Origin: a bacterium
Lineage (GTDB): Bacteria > Hinthialibacterota > Hinthialibacteria > Hinthialibacterales > Hinthialibacteraceae
Length of the DNA: 41,201 nucleotides
Assembly: GCA_963663405.2 (NCBI GenBank)
Contig: CAXXSM010000007.1
Coordinates: 1 to 41,201, forward strand
Reading direction: 5' to 3'
Under the pieces are notes generated by a model. The model had not been told where the DNA came from. It did not search any database and saw only the letters and a program-made list of their open reading frames with translations. The position numbers were made by a program, and so were the translations under genes. Below are positions 17,716 through 28,286 of this stretch, piece by piece (position 1 is the first letter of the stretch; every line of letters starts with the position of its first letter).

Positions 17716-18901
17716 GGTAGTAGTCCATATTAACTGCAAGTCAAAAATTAGTGAATCTCAGGAGTTCCCCCATGCTCCAGACGTGATCAGCCAGATTCGC
17801 GGCCATGAAGGGAGTCGTGGATTTTCCATGCCGCTTGGTCAATGTTCCGTGTGGTTTACATAAGTGGTAATAGGCAAGAGTCAACGCGAGTTGATGGTGG
17901 TGGTTTTTCATGGATTTGGAGAATCGGAGCGATTTGCGTACGCAACGTGAATCCATGTGACGAATGATCCCGTTATTTCTCTCCACGTAGGATGTGTTGA
18001 TTGTCCGGCTGACTTTGGATGCCGCCAGAATCATTTCCACTCTTGCCGGATCGCCAAAAATCACTTTTCGTGTGACTTCAACCACTTTGTATTGTTTGTA
18101 GCGTTTCACGACGTGAACGTACACCAGATCGTTCGGGGGAACGAGTCGAGGATGCGGGGGTCTTCCCGGTCCCGGTTTCCGGCGAGGCTGGACCCATGTT
18201 CCATAGACTTGAAGCAACGCATTGGCATAATGATCCAGTTGATCGGAGGAGAACAGATCGGGCATGGATACGGTGACTCGTTTCACCTCTTCAACCAGGG
18301 CGGCGGCGGAAGGCGCCGTTCGTTTCCCAATGACATGCGCGAGAACGACCTTGTTGACGGCATCGAAAGCAATCCAAATCCAGGCGTCGCCTAACACACG
18401 CTGAAGTTTCTCGAACGGCTCCAGGTTTTTCTCCTTCTTCCCGGCGAAAGACCACATTTCATCCAGCTGACATTCAGAGACGTACACCTTCATGAGAAGA
18501 GCGCGGTTGACCTTGGCGGCATGCGCCCCAGCTTTCGCCAACACCATGAGAACGGTTTTCTTGTTCACGTTTTGAATGCGCGCCGTGGGCGAGATTCCCA
18601 CCCCTTCCGTAAGGGACCGGGCAATGGTGGCAAACCGTTCTTCCGAGAGACGCGTATGATGCAACGCGGTGTTTTTCCGTGGAGATGTCCTGGATTGGGA
18701 GGCCCTCAAAAAAATTCGTTCGGGATCAAGGAATAAACCGGCTACGCCATGGACGGTCAGGGTTTTCCGGAGACGCTTGTCTATCCGATACCGTTGGTTG
18801 AGGGCGGCCTTGCGCCCTTTCTCATAGAGTCCCTGGGCCTGATCCTCATCTTCAAAGAACATCCGGTGAGGACAGTCTCCCGCGTTCGCTTCCAAGGCCA
18901 A
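17716..18901 (-). mobile_element. IS1-family transposase (ORF 17741-18901; N-terminus appears chimeric) with right end
   Basis: ECQLDEMWSFAGKK, WIWIAFD...LAHVIGKRT, SSDQL..Y, NTSYVERNN, TPFMAANLADHVWS motifs; GGTAGTAGTCC terminus at 17716. The expected N-terminal Zn finger is missing upstream of RKNTAL. Confidence 0.85.
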
Positions 18902-18962
18902 TGTCAGCGGAGCCCTTTTTTTACTCAGATCAGTCTTTTCCTACAGCTAATGCTAAGGATGA

Positions 18963-19856
18963 CCTGAATCCGTAAACTGACAATCAAAAAAATGCGCCCA
19001 TGACTTACCTTATAAAAAATGACTTTCGAGAGTTGATTTTATACATTGAATAGCCGATCTGCATAGTATTCTTCATCTTTACATACGTCTATACTGTCAA
19101 ATTTTCAAATAATCACTGTCAGACATGCATTTCCGAACAGACCTCGAACTTTTTAGATCGTCAGATGAACGTTGCTTCCATTCTCCTCGATGGTTGGCTT
19201 TAACCATAGGCGTTCACAAACCGGCTGTACTCTCGGCGCCAAAACCGATACCATGGATTCCATCGCCCGAGCGTCATCCCCAAACGCCGCGCATGGGAGA
19301 TCATCCGGCTTGCCATATAGATCAAATCTTGCATCACGCTGCGCAACCGGCGGCGGAATACCTTCTTGCGCAGAGGGGCTCGTTCTTCTTCCGCAATCCC
19401 TTCCTCCCGCAACGATTCCTGGCCACACAACCGGAGACAATTATACGCGGTCATCCCAAGCAACAACACGACCGCATTCGTCGCAAACTTCCCGGACGGC
19501 AGCCGCTCCAGGTCCATATCGCTTTTGATCTCCGAGTGAAACTGCTCGCTCGTTCCATGCGCGTGATACAAGTCGATAATCGTTCCCGGCTCCTCCTGCA
19601 AGGAGGTTTCGTAGGTCTCCACTTCCGGAAGCAGCAGATTTTGGCCTTGGCGATCGATGGTCCGTACCGTCATTTCGAACACTTGGCGGAGAGGTTTCTC
19701 GACTCCTTCGCGAGAGACGTGGATATCTCCTCGATACACCACTTTCCCTAGCCGTGGAACGTGAACGGTTCCCTTCGCTTTGGCAATTTCCAACCATCTC
19801 TCAATCGACTCCTGGCGCAAATTGCGTTTGATCAGCCAATCGACTTTCTCTTTCAA
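18963..19856 (-). mobile_element. IS1380-family element, 3' half (transposase C-terminus 19200-19856 and right IR)
   Basis: IIDLYHAHGTSEQFHSEIKSDMDLERLPSGKFATNA...RRRLRSVMQDLIYMA; terminus CCTGAATCCGT at 18963; 5' half absent (abuts IS4). Confidence 0.85.
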
Positions 19857-21130
19857 ACAGATTTTAAAATATCCGCCTCAGAGAACAATCGTTGAATAGA
19901 ACGTTTTTCGAAAAGAGTTATACTCAACACTTGGAGAATTGTATACAAACTGTGTTCTAGATTGATTTGTTTTTTGAGGATCGATACCAACACATAAACC
20001 GATATGGCGATCCAAATTTGCGTTTTGACTGCGTTTTCAGATGTACCATAAAACGCCTTGATCCGAAGATGTTGCTTGATCCATTTGAAAAATAATTCCA
20101 CTTGCCAACGACAGCGATAAAGATCGGCGATGGTGATCGCCGACAACTAAAAATGATTCGTCAAATAATCAAATCGTCTTTTTTTCTCTCGATCGTAATA
20201 ACTTACACGGCGGAGATGTTCAGGATAGTCTTTAGCCGAATCGGCATTTGTAAGTTTGATCGTTTGATCGCATCGAAGACCAGTGCTTTTATCTACCGGG
20301 CAAGAATAGACTCTCTCATATTTTGTGTTTCTCTTTAATCGAATTACAAAATAAGCATGGTTTTGATTTAACGCGTATAGACGGGCAAAATCAAGATAAC
20401 CACGATCCATCAAATAGATCGATCCCGGTTCGGAGCACAGGACATCCAGAACATTTACGTCATGCACTTTCCCATTTGTAATGTGGATAAACACCGGGAG
20501 ATTCCCTCTCAAATCGATTAAAGTGTGTAATTTAATCGCTCCCTTTTATTTCCGAAATTTGGCCCAAGGAAACAATGATAAAAATAAATCAATCGTCGAG
20601 GCGTCAAGTGCATATATCGTCTCATCCAATTGAACACCGAAATCCTCATTCACATACAAATCTTTAGCCTGATGAATTAGAACTTGAGCAAAGTCAGCAT
20701 AAATGCGCCAATCTCGTTTGTCATTCGTTTCGGCTAAAGTGCTTCGTGCCACTCGTCCTCGAATCCCCATATGATAGAGTTTGAGTTGCATGGACCGCAA
20801 ACAGACTTCGATATCTCGGAGGCTTTCTCGATAGGTTAACTGAGCAAAAGCCATACAATAATATTGATCAAGACACGAAAAAGTGCGAACATTTTTTATG
20901 GCCTTGATAGCGATTCACACATTTGTGAAAGGCTTTCAATGGAACCAATTCCATCAGTTGGGAGAAAACGGTTTTTCCCTGATTCATCAACCATTCCTTT
21001 CGATTTTTCGAATTTTGTATGGTTGATCAGTTTACTCCCATTGAAATCGTTCCCAATTATTTGAGTTCCTAACTCTTTTTATTTTATTGCTTTAGGTCTT
21101 CTTTCGATTGAATTCAACCGGAGACTAGTG
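19853..21130 (-). mobile_element. IS4-family element with frameshifted transposase (ATG 20987), right end lost
   Basis: MNQGKTVFSQL..., MAFAQLTYRESLRDIE, YALDASTIDL, DRGYLDF, YRCRWQVELFFKWIKQHLRIK spread over four frames; left end CACTAGTCTCCGGTT at 21130-21116. Confidence 0.9.
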
Positions 21131-21158
21131 ACCAATTTTGATCACACACACAAAAAAA

Positions 21159-21187
21159 TTGACATTCTTGCTGCGATGTATTATTAT
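21159..21187 (+). promoter_or_regulatory. putative sigma70 promoter upstream of the WD40 gene
   Basis: TTGACA (21159-21164)-N17-TATTAT (21182-21187). Confidence 0.5.
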
Positions 21188-21437
21188 CACAGTACTATTG
21201 TCGCCATATGAATTTGGGATGATGAGAGAATTTATCTGTTTTTTCCAGATATATGAAATTATCTTTTGAGACGGAACTGATTTTAAACCTGTTATGATAT
21301 TCATTTCGACCAAAATCCTCATCAAGAATTGAGATAGTAAATATTCATATTTTGTAGTTCTTGAATAAAACCAAATCAAACCGCAATAGACTACATCATT
21401 TGTTAATGCCGAGCGGTTGAAGATAAGGAGAGAAAGA

Positions 21438-23758
21438 ATGAAACGACTCTATTGTATCATTAATCTCATCCTCTATAGTTATTTTCTCCATCACGCGTAC
21501 TCAGAAATTGATTATCCTTTACGGGGACCGTCGGATGAATTGATATTTGGTATGGGAATGCATTACACGGATTGTAGAGTTTTTCCAAATAAACAAAAAA
21601 TAGTAATGGATAATTTATTCGGGATCTTGGTGTGGAACCTCAATACCAAGACATTGGATACCGTCATTCCTTCTGCATCGATTTACGATATTTTTGTATC
21701 TTCAGATGTAGAGAGAGCGATAGTAAACATGGCTGAAAACCAAAATATTCTCTTGTTCGATCTCAAAACGAAAAAGATCATTGATGATATTTCCCCTGAG
21801 AGATACACCAAGGCTTGTTTTTCACCCGATGGTTCTCAGGCAGTTTTAGCCATGTCGGAGGAGGCAGGGATTTGGGATTTAGAAACAGGATCGTTTCTCT
21901 ATCCATTAGAGGATATCAGTTTTTATCCTTCGATTATCCAGTATACTCCGGATGGTCAACAAATTTTGACATTATCATGGCCGGACTCAGGGCTGGGTGA
22001 AATCACTTCTTGGGATGCGAATACGGGTAGGCGTAATTATTCTTTTTCTACAGGTTCCTCCCACTATATCGACACCATTGTTTTTCGGTTCATCCGGAAA
22101 TTGGGCACATCGATTGAATTTTTAATAAAAAGTGTAATCGAAAGCCCTATGGATCGTGACGTGTCTGTGGACAAATCTATCGATATTGCCCACAGCCACT
22201 TGGATAACGATAAAGCCGTTATCCACACGCTCCACAGTTATACGGATAATACCAATTCTATTTTATTCTTTGTTAATAACTGATTGAATATTCTATACTT
22301 AAGAATCTTGAAAAACTTGCTAAGATTTAAAGAAATCCTTGTATTGATCATTTTAAAAAACAGATTGCAAAACACCCAATAATCAATATTCCGATAGTCT
22401 ATTCAAAGATTAGATAATCATAGAATAAGATACACAAATATTTGACAGATTACTTTTGACATTTAACAGATCACGGAGTATCGATGCTTTTTTCCTAGGG
22501 AATTTGAGGTATCACAATGATAAAACTTACAAAAAATAGTGAAATTTCCTAAGAAAAAACGCAATGCGCCCAATTTCCGGATGAGCCTGTTTCATCCTGA
22601 CGGAGACAAGTTCGTTACGCAAGGTTCCACTTACAGCATTATCATGTGGGATTTATCAACCCGTTCAAAAATCAAAGAACTCAAAGGACATACTGGATTC
22701 GTCACATCGTTCGATTTTACAAAAGATGGAAAATACCTTGTTTCGGGGAGTTATGATTATAGCGTGCGGATGTGGGATGTGGAAAGCGAAGAACTCCTTC
22801 ATACTTATAGAAACGGTGAAACAACGATCTATTCCGCCTTTTATTCCGCAAATGAACAGTCCATTTTTTCTGTAAATGTGAATGGAGTGATTACCGAATG
22901 GAACCGAGTGAATGGAGAGATAACCAGTACATTTGGAATGGAAGAATACTCGAGTTTATACCCTTTTTTCTTTGTTTTAGACGATCAATCGTTCCTTGGA
23001 GCTGAAACGATCGGGAGTGGTGGAATTCTATGGGATTTAAATCTGAATCAACAAACGCGAACGTTTCCTGAACGTCCGTTGGCTGTTTCGTCGAATGGTT
23101 CTCTTTTTCTATCCCGCGTCATCGACGCCGATGGGCATTTTGAGTTAACCTATTCTTCCCATGATCGTTATGAAACAAAAATATGGGATATTCAAAACGG
23201 CGTTGCAATTCATCATTTTCCGGATAGTGGGAGTCCTTTCCAATTTATAGCCGCAGACCAGCGTCTCATTACAAACCGTATCGTTCCAGAAACGAGTTAT
23301 TATGATTCCTACTACGATCAATTAATCCCTCATTATCTAACGCAGGTATGGGATATCCAAGAGAATTCAATACTGCATACATTTGATGGGGAGACTCTCG
23401 CGATCACACAGGATCATCAATGGATTTTTACGGAAGTCGGAAACCATCCTCGTATCTGGAATATTGAAACGGAAGAAGTGATTAAACATTTTCCTCAACA
23501 ATCCTTTGTACGAACAACAAAAGCGCAATTTTCCCCCAACAAACGATATATACTTTTACATCGCGTGTATGACGATGATTTCTATGTAAGTGAACAATGG
23601 AACGAATTATGGGATTTAGAAACCAATGAACAGGTTTCTAATCCGCTCATTGGAGACAATTGGATTTTCACGACGGATAGTCAATCGGTGTTATACTCCC
23701 GCGGTAACACTGTGCGAAAACGTGATATAGTCACCGGACGTGAGATTATCTATGAAAG
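21438..23758 (+). pseudogene. secreted WD40-repeat protein, interrupted by a MITE (22087-22587) and truncated by IS21 (23759)
   Basis: ATG 21438 after AAGGAG; signal-like N-terminus; FSPDGS...IWDLETG and GHTGFVTSFDFTKDGKYLVSGSYDYSVRMWD repeats. Removing the MITE restores ...DTIVF|HPDGDKF in frame. Confidence 0.88.
22087..22587. mobile_element. non-autonomous ISL3-derived MITE (501 bp)
   Basis: Terminal IRs GGTTCATCCGGAAATTGGGCACAT / ATGCGCCCAATTTCCGGATGAGCC; the last 46 bp are the exact reverse complement of the ISL3 end at 26725; flanks TGTTTTTC / TGTTTC (TSD differing only in T-run length); no transposase. Confidence 0.9.
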
Positions 23759-23896
23759 TGTAAACGGCGGTCGAAAAGTGAGTGAGAAATCGGCGTAAAA
23801 ACGGCGGTCCAAAAGTGCGGTATATAAAAGCCGATACCTGGAAGAAATCGTCCAAGTCAGAATTCAGCGGATGAGTTTCTTCCGGAGGTAGAAAGG

Positions 23897-25405
23897 ATGT
23901 ATACCGAGATGAAAGAATGGACTGATATCCGAATACGAGTAAGAAACAAGAAGGAGAAGAAGAGCGAGATCTTGGAAGAGACAGGGATGCATTGGCAGAC
24001 CTTGGAGAAGATCCTAACCCATCCCGAGCCCCCCGGTTACCAGATGAAGCAAGCCCGCCCAAAGCCCGTCTTAGGCCCCTATCTGTCCCGAATTCACGAA
24101 ATCCTGAAATCGGATCAAGATCCCGCGATCCCTCGGAAGCAGAAACATACCGCCCAAAGGATTTTTGAACGGATCAAAGAAGAAGGCTACCAGGGTGGTT
24201 ATACCCAGGTGAAAGAGGCGGTGCGGGAATGGAAGAAGCATAACAAGGATGTTTTCATTCCGTTGACTCATCCGGCCGGTGAAGCGCAGGTCGATTTCGG
24301 ATTTGCGTTAGTGAAGTTGGCGGGGAAGTTAAAGAAAGTGGCCTTTTTTGTCATGACCTTGCCTCACTCCGATGCGATCTTTGTGATGACCAGTGAGCGG
24401 GAATGCACGGAAACGTTCTGGGAAGGGCATGTGAGAGCGTTTAATTTTTGGGGCGCGGTTCCAAGACGAATCGCCTATGACAACAGCCGGATCGCGGTGT
24501 CCAAGATCATCGGAGCACATAAAAGAAAATTAACGTATGGATTTCTGCAATTGCAAAGTCATTATTTGTTCGAAAAGCATTTTTGTTGCGTCCGCCGTCC
24601 CAACGAAAAAGGGGTAGTGGAAGGAACGGTGAAATATGCGCGGTTGAATTTCATGGTCCCGGTCCCTCAAGTGCAAACGTTGGAGGAATTGAATGAGAAA
24701 TTGGAGGCGAGTTGCCGGGAGAATTTGAAGCGTAAGTTACGAGGCCGGTCCGGAACAAAAGAGGAGTTGCTGAAGGCCGATCAATCGGCGTTCTTGCCCC
24801 TTCCTCCTTCCCCATTTGACGCCTGCCGGAAAGACGAGGTCCATGCCAGTTCCTTATCGTTGGGCCGGTTTGACTGTAACGATTATTCGGTGCCGGTGGA
24901 GTACGCCCATCATCTCCTGGTGGCCAAAGGCTACATCGACCGAGTGGTGTTCTGCTATCAAGAGAAAGTGATAGCGGAGCATAAGCGGATTTGGGAGAAG
25001 GAACAAGTGGCGTTGAAACCGGAGCACTACTTGCCTCTTCTACCATCCAGACCCGGCGCTCTGGATCACGGCCAACCGTTCACCGAGTGGCGTCTCCCCC
25101 CGTGTTTTTCGGTTTTACGCCGCCGGCTGGAAAATGAGTTCGAAGGAGGAGAAGGCGTTCGGGAATACATTCGAGTGCTTCAGCTCTTGCGAATCCGTTC
25201 ATTACCTGAACTGAGCCGGGCCGTGGAAAAAACGCTGCGCGTGGGCGGTTGTACGCGGGATGTGGTGGCGCAATATCTCTATGGGGATGAAGGGGAAGGA
25301 CTGGAGAAATTCCGCCTGGATGGCCGGGAGCATTTACGGTATGTCCGAGTCGATTCGCCTGACTTGTCCGCCTATCAGGGGATGCTGAAAGGAGGGGCGC
25401 TATGA
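23897..25405 (+). CDS. istA: IS21 transposase IstA
   Basis: HTAQRIFERIKEEGYQGGY, GEAQVDFG, YDNS, NEKGVVEG, YSVP motifs; intact 502 aa. Confidence 0.96.
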   Translation: MYTEMKEWTDIRIRVRNKKEKKSEILEETGMHWQTLEKILTHPEPPGYQMKQARPKPVLGPYLSRIHEILKSDQDPAIPRKQKHTAQRIFERIKEEGYQGGYTQVKEAVREWKKHNKDVFIPLTHPAGEAQVDFGFALVKLAGKLKKVAFFVMTLPHSDAIFVMTSERECTETFWEGHVRAFNFWGAVPRRIAYDNSRIAVSKIIGAHKRKLTYGFLQLQSHYLFEKHFCCVRRPNEKGVVEGTVKYARLNFMVPVPQVQTLEELNEKLEASCRENLKRKLRGRSGTKEELLKADQSAFLPLPPSPFDACRKDEVHASSLSLGRFDCNDYSVPVEYAHHLLVAKGYIDRVVFCYQEKVIAEHKRIWEKEQVALKPEHYLPLLPSRPGALDHGQPFTEWRLPPCFSVLRRRLENEFEGGEGVREYIRVLQLLRIRSLPELSRAVEKTLRVGGCTRDVVAQYLYGDEGEGLEKFRLDGREHLRYVRVDSPDLSAYQGMLKGGAL

Positions 25406-26187
25406 GTTCCTCCCAATCGAACGTATTACTGGAATACTATTTAAAAAAATTAAAACTGCCGACGATCTTGCGCGAGTATAAAAGCATGGCGGCCAAGTGC
25501 CGCGCCGATCGCTCTGATTTTACCACGTATCTCCTTCGGCTGGTTGAATTGGAATCGATCGAACGGGATCAGAGAGCGGCGGATCGGCGAGTGAAAGCGG
25601 CCAAATTTCCCGTGGTTAAAACGATCGATACCTTTGATTTCAGCGCTCAGCCGTCGATTAATGAACCCTTAGTCCGTGAATTGCTCCAAGGGGAATATAT
25701 CGAAAAACGGGAGAATTTGCTCCTGATCGGAAATCCGGGGACCGGGAAAACTCACATCTCTTGTGCCTTGGGATTCGCCGCTTGCGCGCAAGGCTACAAG
25801 GTCCGTTTTTATACGGCAACCGCGTTAGTCACCCACTTGCTCGAAAAACGAGAAGAACGCTTGTTAGAAAAATTCCAAAACCAACTGACTCGTCATCATC
25901 TCATTTTGATTGACGAACTTGGTTACGTCCCGTTCTCCAAAGCGGGAGCGGAACTTCTTTTTGATGTGGTCAGCCAGGCTTATGAACGGACCAGTCTCAT
26001 CGTGACGACAAATTTACCTTTTGAGGAATGGACAGAAGTGATGGGAAGTGAGCGCTTAACTGGAGCCCTCCTGGATCGATTGACTCATCGAGTGCACATC
26101 CTGGAAGCCAATGGAGAAAGTTACCGGCTCAAGGAATCCAAAAAACGGCTGAAACGGCGCCCTAAAAAAGAGTCTTCTCAATCTTAA
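25402..26187 (+). CDS. istB: IS21 helper AAA+ ATPase IstB
   Basis: Walker A GNPGTGKT, Walker B LILIDELGY, TTNLPFEEW, ALLDRLTH; ATGA overlap with istA. Confidence 0.97.
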   Translation: MSSSQSNVLLEYYLKKLKLPTILREYKSMAAKCRADRSDFTTYLLRLVELESIERDQRAADRRVKAAKFPVVKTIDTFDFSAQPSINEPLVRELLQGEYIEKRENLLLIGNPGTGKTHISCALGFAACAQGYKVRFYTATALVTHLLEKREERLLEKFQNQLTRHHLILIDELGYVPFSKAGAELLFDVVSQAYERTSLIVTTNLPFEEWTEVMGSERLTGALLDRLTHRVHILEANGESYRLKESKKRLKRRPKKESSQS

Positions 26188-26724
26188 GGAGTCCCCCGGC
26201 TGTCGTTGGCCAATGGGGATTCGAGAGAATTGGGATCTCAGAAGAGGATCTTTTACGAGTGAATAATAGTGAATCGTTCTTGGAATTTCACTGGATCGGG
26301 AATCCGCATCCCGTTCCTTTCCAATTGGGGGCTCTGCCCCCAAACCCCCGGAGTTTTTAAGGCATGGGCAAATGCTCTGGATGGTCTGAGGAAGGATGGA
26401 TGGAGGGACAATCCACTATAGATCGTCCCCAGATACCATCCGTCGCACATGCGCCAAGTTATCCCTTGATTGGGTGCTCTCCAGCAGAGCCAATCTCCGT
26501 TTGACTTGGTACTACAATCATCGGACGGTAACTAAAAAAACTAAATACCATGACCGTCAATTAAATAATGCTCAGCATCTATTGACAACTCACAATGGAG
26601 TCGATTATTCTTGGAAAAAATCCGCACTTTTCGACCGCCGCAAGCTCACTTTTCGACCGCCGTCAGCAGTGTACGAGAATGCGTGCGGAATGTGGGATTT
26701 AATACATAAAAACCCTAAAAAAAA

Positions 26725-28165
26725 GGCTCATCCGGAAATTGGGCGCATTGCGTTTTTTCTTAGGAAATTTTGATATTTTTCTACGTTTTCGAGTAGAGTC
26801 TTTTCAAATTTATTCGAAAAAAATGACCTTCACCTCCACCATCCGGTAATTTCTATCATCCGACTAACCTGTACTTTGTTTCATGAATTCCCAGGACTTT
26901 GAGTTTAAAAAACTCATGATCTCGAAATCCATACGCTTGGCGTTTCATCGTTTTAATTTTGTTATTCGTCCCTTCTAAAGGACCAGTTGAAATGGGATAA
27001 CTGTAGTAAGCCAGTATGCCTTGGCGATGAGTCTCCAAAGTCTTGGCAAACTTCTTAAGCATACCGACTCCCGAGGCGATGGCTCGCTTGATCCAACCTG
27101 TCAAATACTTGTTCGCCTCCGCCCAATTGGCTTGGTTCCATAACTGGCGAAGATCTTCTTTCATGTAATATGCAATGGAAAGAGGTTGGTTCAGATCCAA
27201 GGCGGCTTGGAGACGTTCTTTCTCATCGCGTTCCGGGCTTCAAATTGTCTGGATTCTTCAGCAATAAAAACCGAATGCCTTTCAGGACGCCCTTGCCTTC
27301 TTCGGTGGCTTTCCGAAACAGCGAGCGGCGCAACTGAGTCAATTTCTCATTGAAGAGTTTGATCACATGAAAATGATCGAAAACAATGACGGCGTCCGGC
27401 AAGTTGGTTGCCACCGCTTTGATATAGGCGGGGCCCATATCCATGGCTACGGCTTCAATTTTGGCTCGAGACGAACGAAGCCGTTTCCCAGAAGGGGTTG
27501 AGCGCCTCCGCGTCCCTTTCCGTCTCCGACAAAAACAACCGCTCCACTCTCCAGATCCATGACGATTGTTACATAGGTATGCCCCTTGGCAATCGCAATT
27601 TCATCGATGGCGAGGCGCCGGATATGCTTCAACTTGGGGCGGGGCGTATTTGCGGTGAAGATTTCTTCTTTGAATCTCTTTGATCAAATCCCAACTCACG
27701 CCCAAATGAGTGGCCACATCCTGGATGGTCATGCTCTTGGATAGGTCGAGAACATAGCGTTCAAAACTCCGGGTATAACTCTTCTGAGGATCGGCAAACC
27801 GGATCTTGACTTGGCGATATTCACCACAGTTTTCACACTCGACTCGGGGCACGGCAAAGAGAATCTCTATGCTTTTCAAGCCCCACGTTGGCGCTTTGAA
27901 CGTACGGGGTCTCGAGCCTCGGGGATGGACGTCGTATGAACCACACGTCGCACACTGTAACTTCTCCGGATCTTGAGTGATTGTAACTTGGGTTTTTCCT
28001 TTCACGTACTCGGTTCTCTTATATTTGTAGCCTCGGATTCCTAAATTATGATAGAATAAACTCGTGGACATGCTTGCTCTCCTTTTTTTCTATCTTTAAC
28101 CAGTTAGGAGAGTTAAGCCTGTCCTCTCTTTTTTTGAAAGTTTTAACCCGATTCCCGGATGAACC
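26725..28165 (-). mobile_element. ISL3-family insertion sequence, transposase 26856-28071 broken by frameshifts
   Basis: IRs GGCTCATCCGGAAATTGGG / CCCGATTCCCGGATGAACC; 8-bp A8 TSD (26717-26724, 28166-28173); motifs CxxC Zn finger, LAIDE, MDMGPAY, FDHFHV, STGPLEGTNNKIKTMKRQAYGFRD. Confidence 0.95.
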
Positions 28166-28286
28166 AAAAAAAATACTTATTTTCCCTAATAGATTTGAAT
28201 ATTTTTTTTATTAATATAAACAAATGAAAAACCAATATGAAGTAATGAAATATCTATTCTGATCACCATCTAAAGGGAGAACAAAC

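Larger units (their letters stand above)
23759..26668 (+). mobile_element. IS21-family insertion sequence
   Basis: TG...CA ends: TGTAAACGGCGGTCGAAAAGTGAG vs reverse complement TGCTGACGGCGGTCGAAAAGTGAG, with an internal repeat of CGGCGGTC.AAAAGTG at each end; no TSD seen. Confidence 0.93.

Noticed and set aside
17701-17716. GTTAGCCGGGATTTCG as another end of the 30834-33546 element
   Set aside because: Only about 11 nt similar to the IR and no accompanying transposase sequence.
19001-19009. TGACTTACC as the left IR of the IS1 element
   Set aside because: Weak match, no TSD, and it lies inside the IS1380 right-end region beginning at 18963.
22147-22237. oriC or plasmid origin
   Set aside because: Only one perfect DnaA box, inside a mobile element within a gene; no dnaA or rep gene in the window.
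22087-22560. ORF tail RFIRKLGTS...FVNN and ORF head MKFPKKKRNAPNFRMS as WD40 sequence
   Set aside because: Both are read-through into the MITE, not part of the original protein.
26396-26773. 125-aa ORF as a passenger gene
   Set aside because: It spans the IS21 right end, the spacer and the ISL3 end, so it is a chance ORF.
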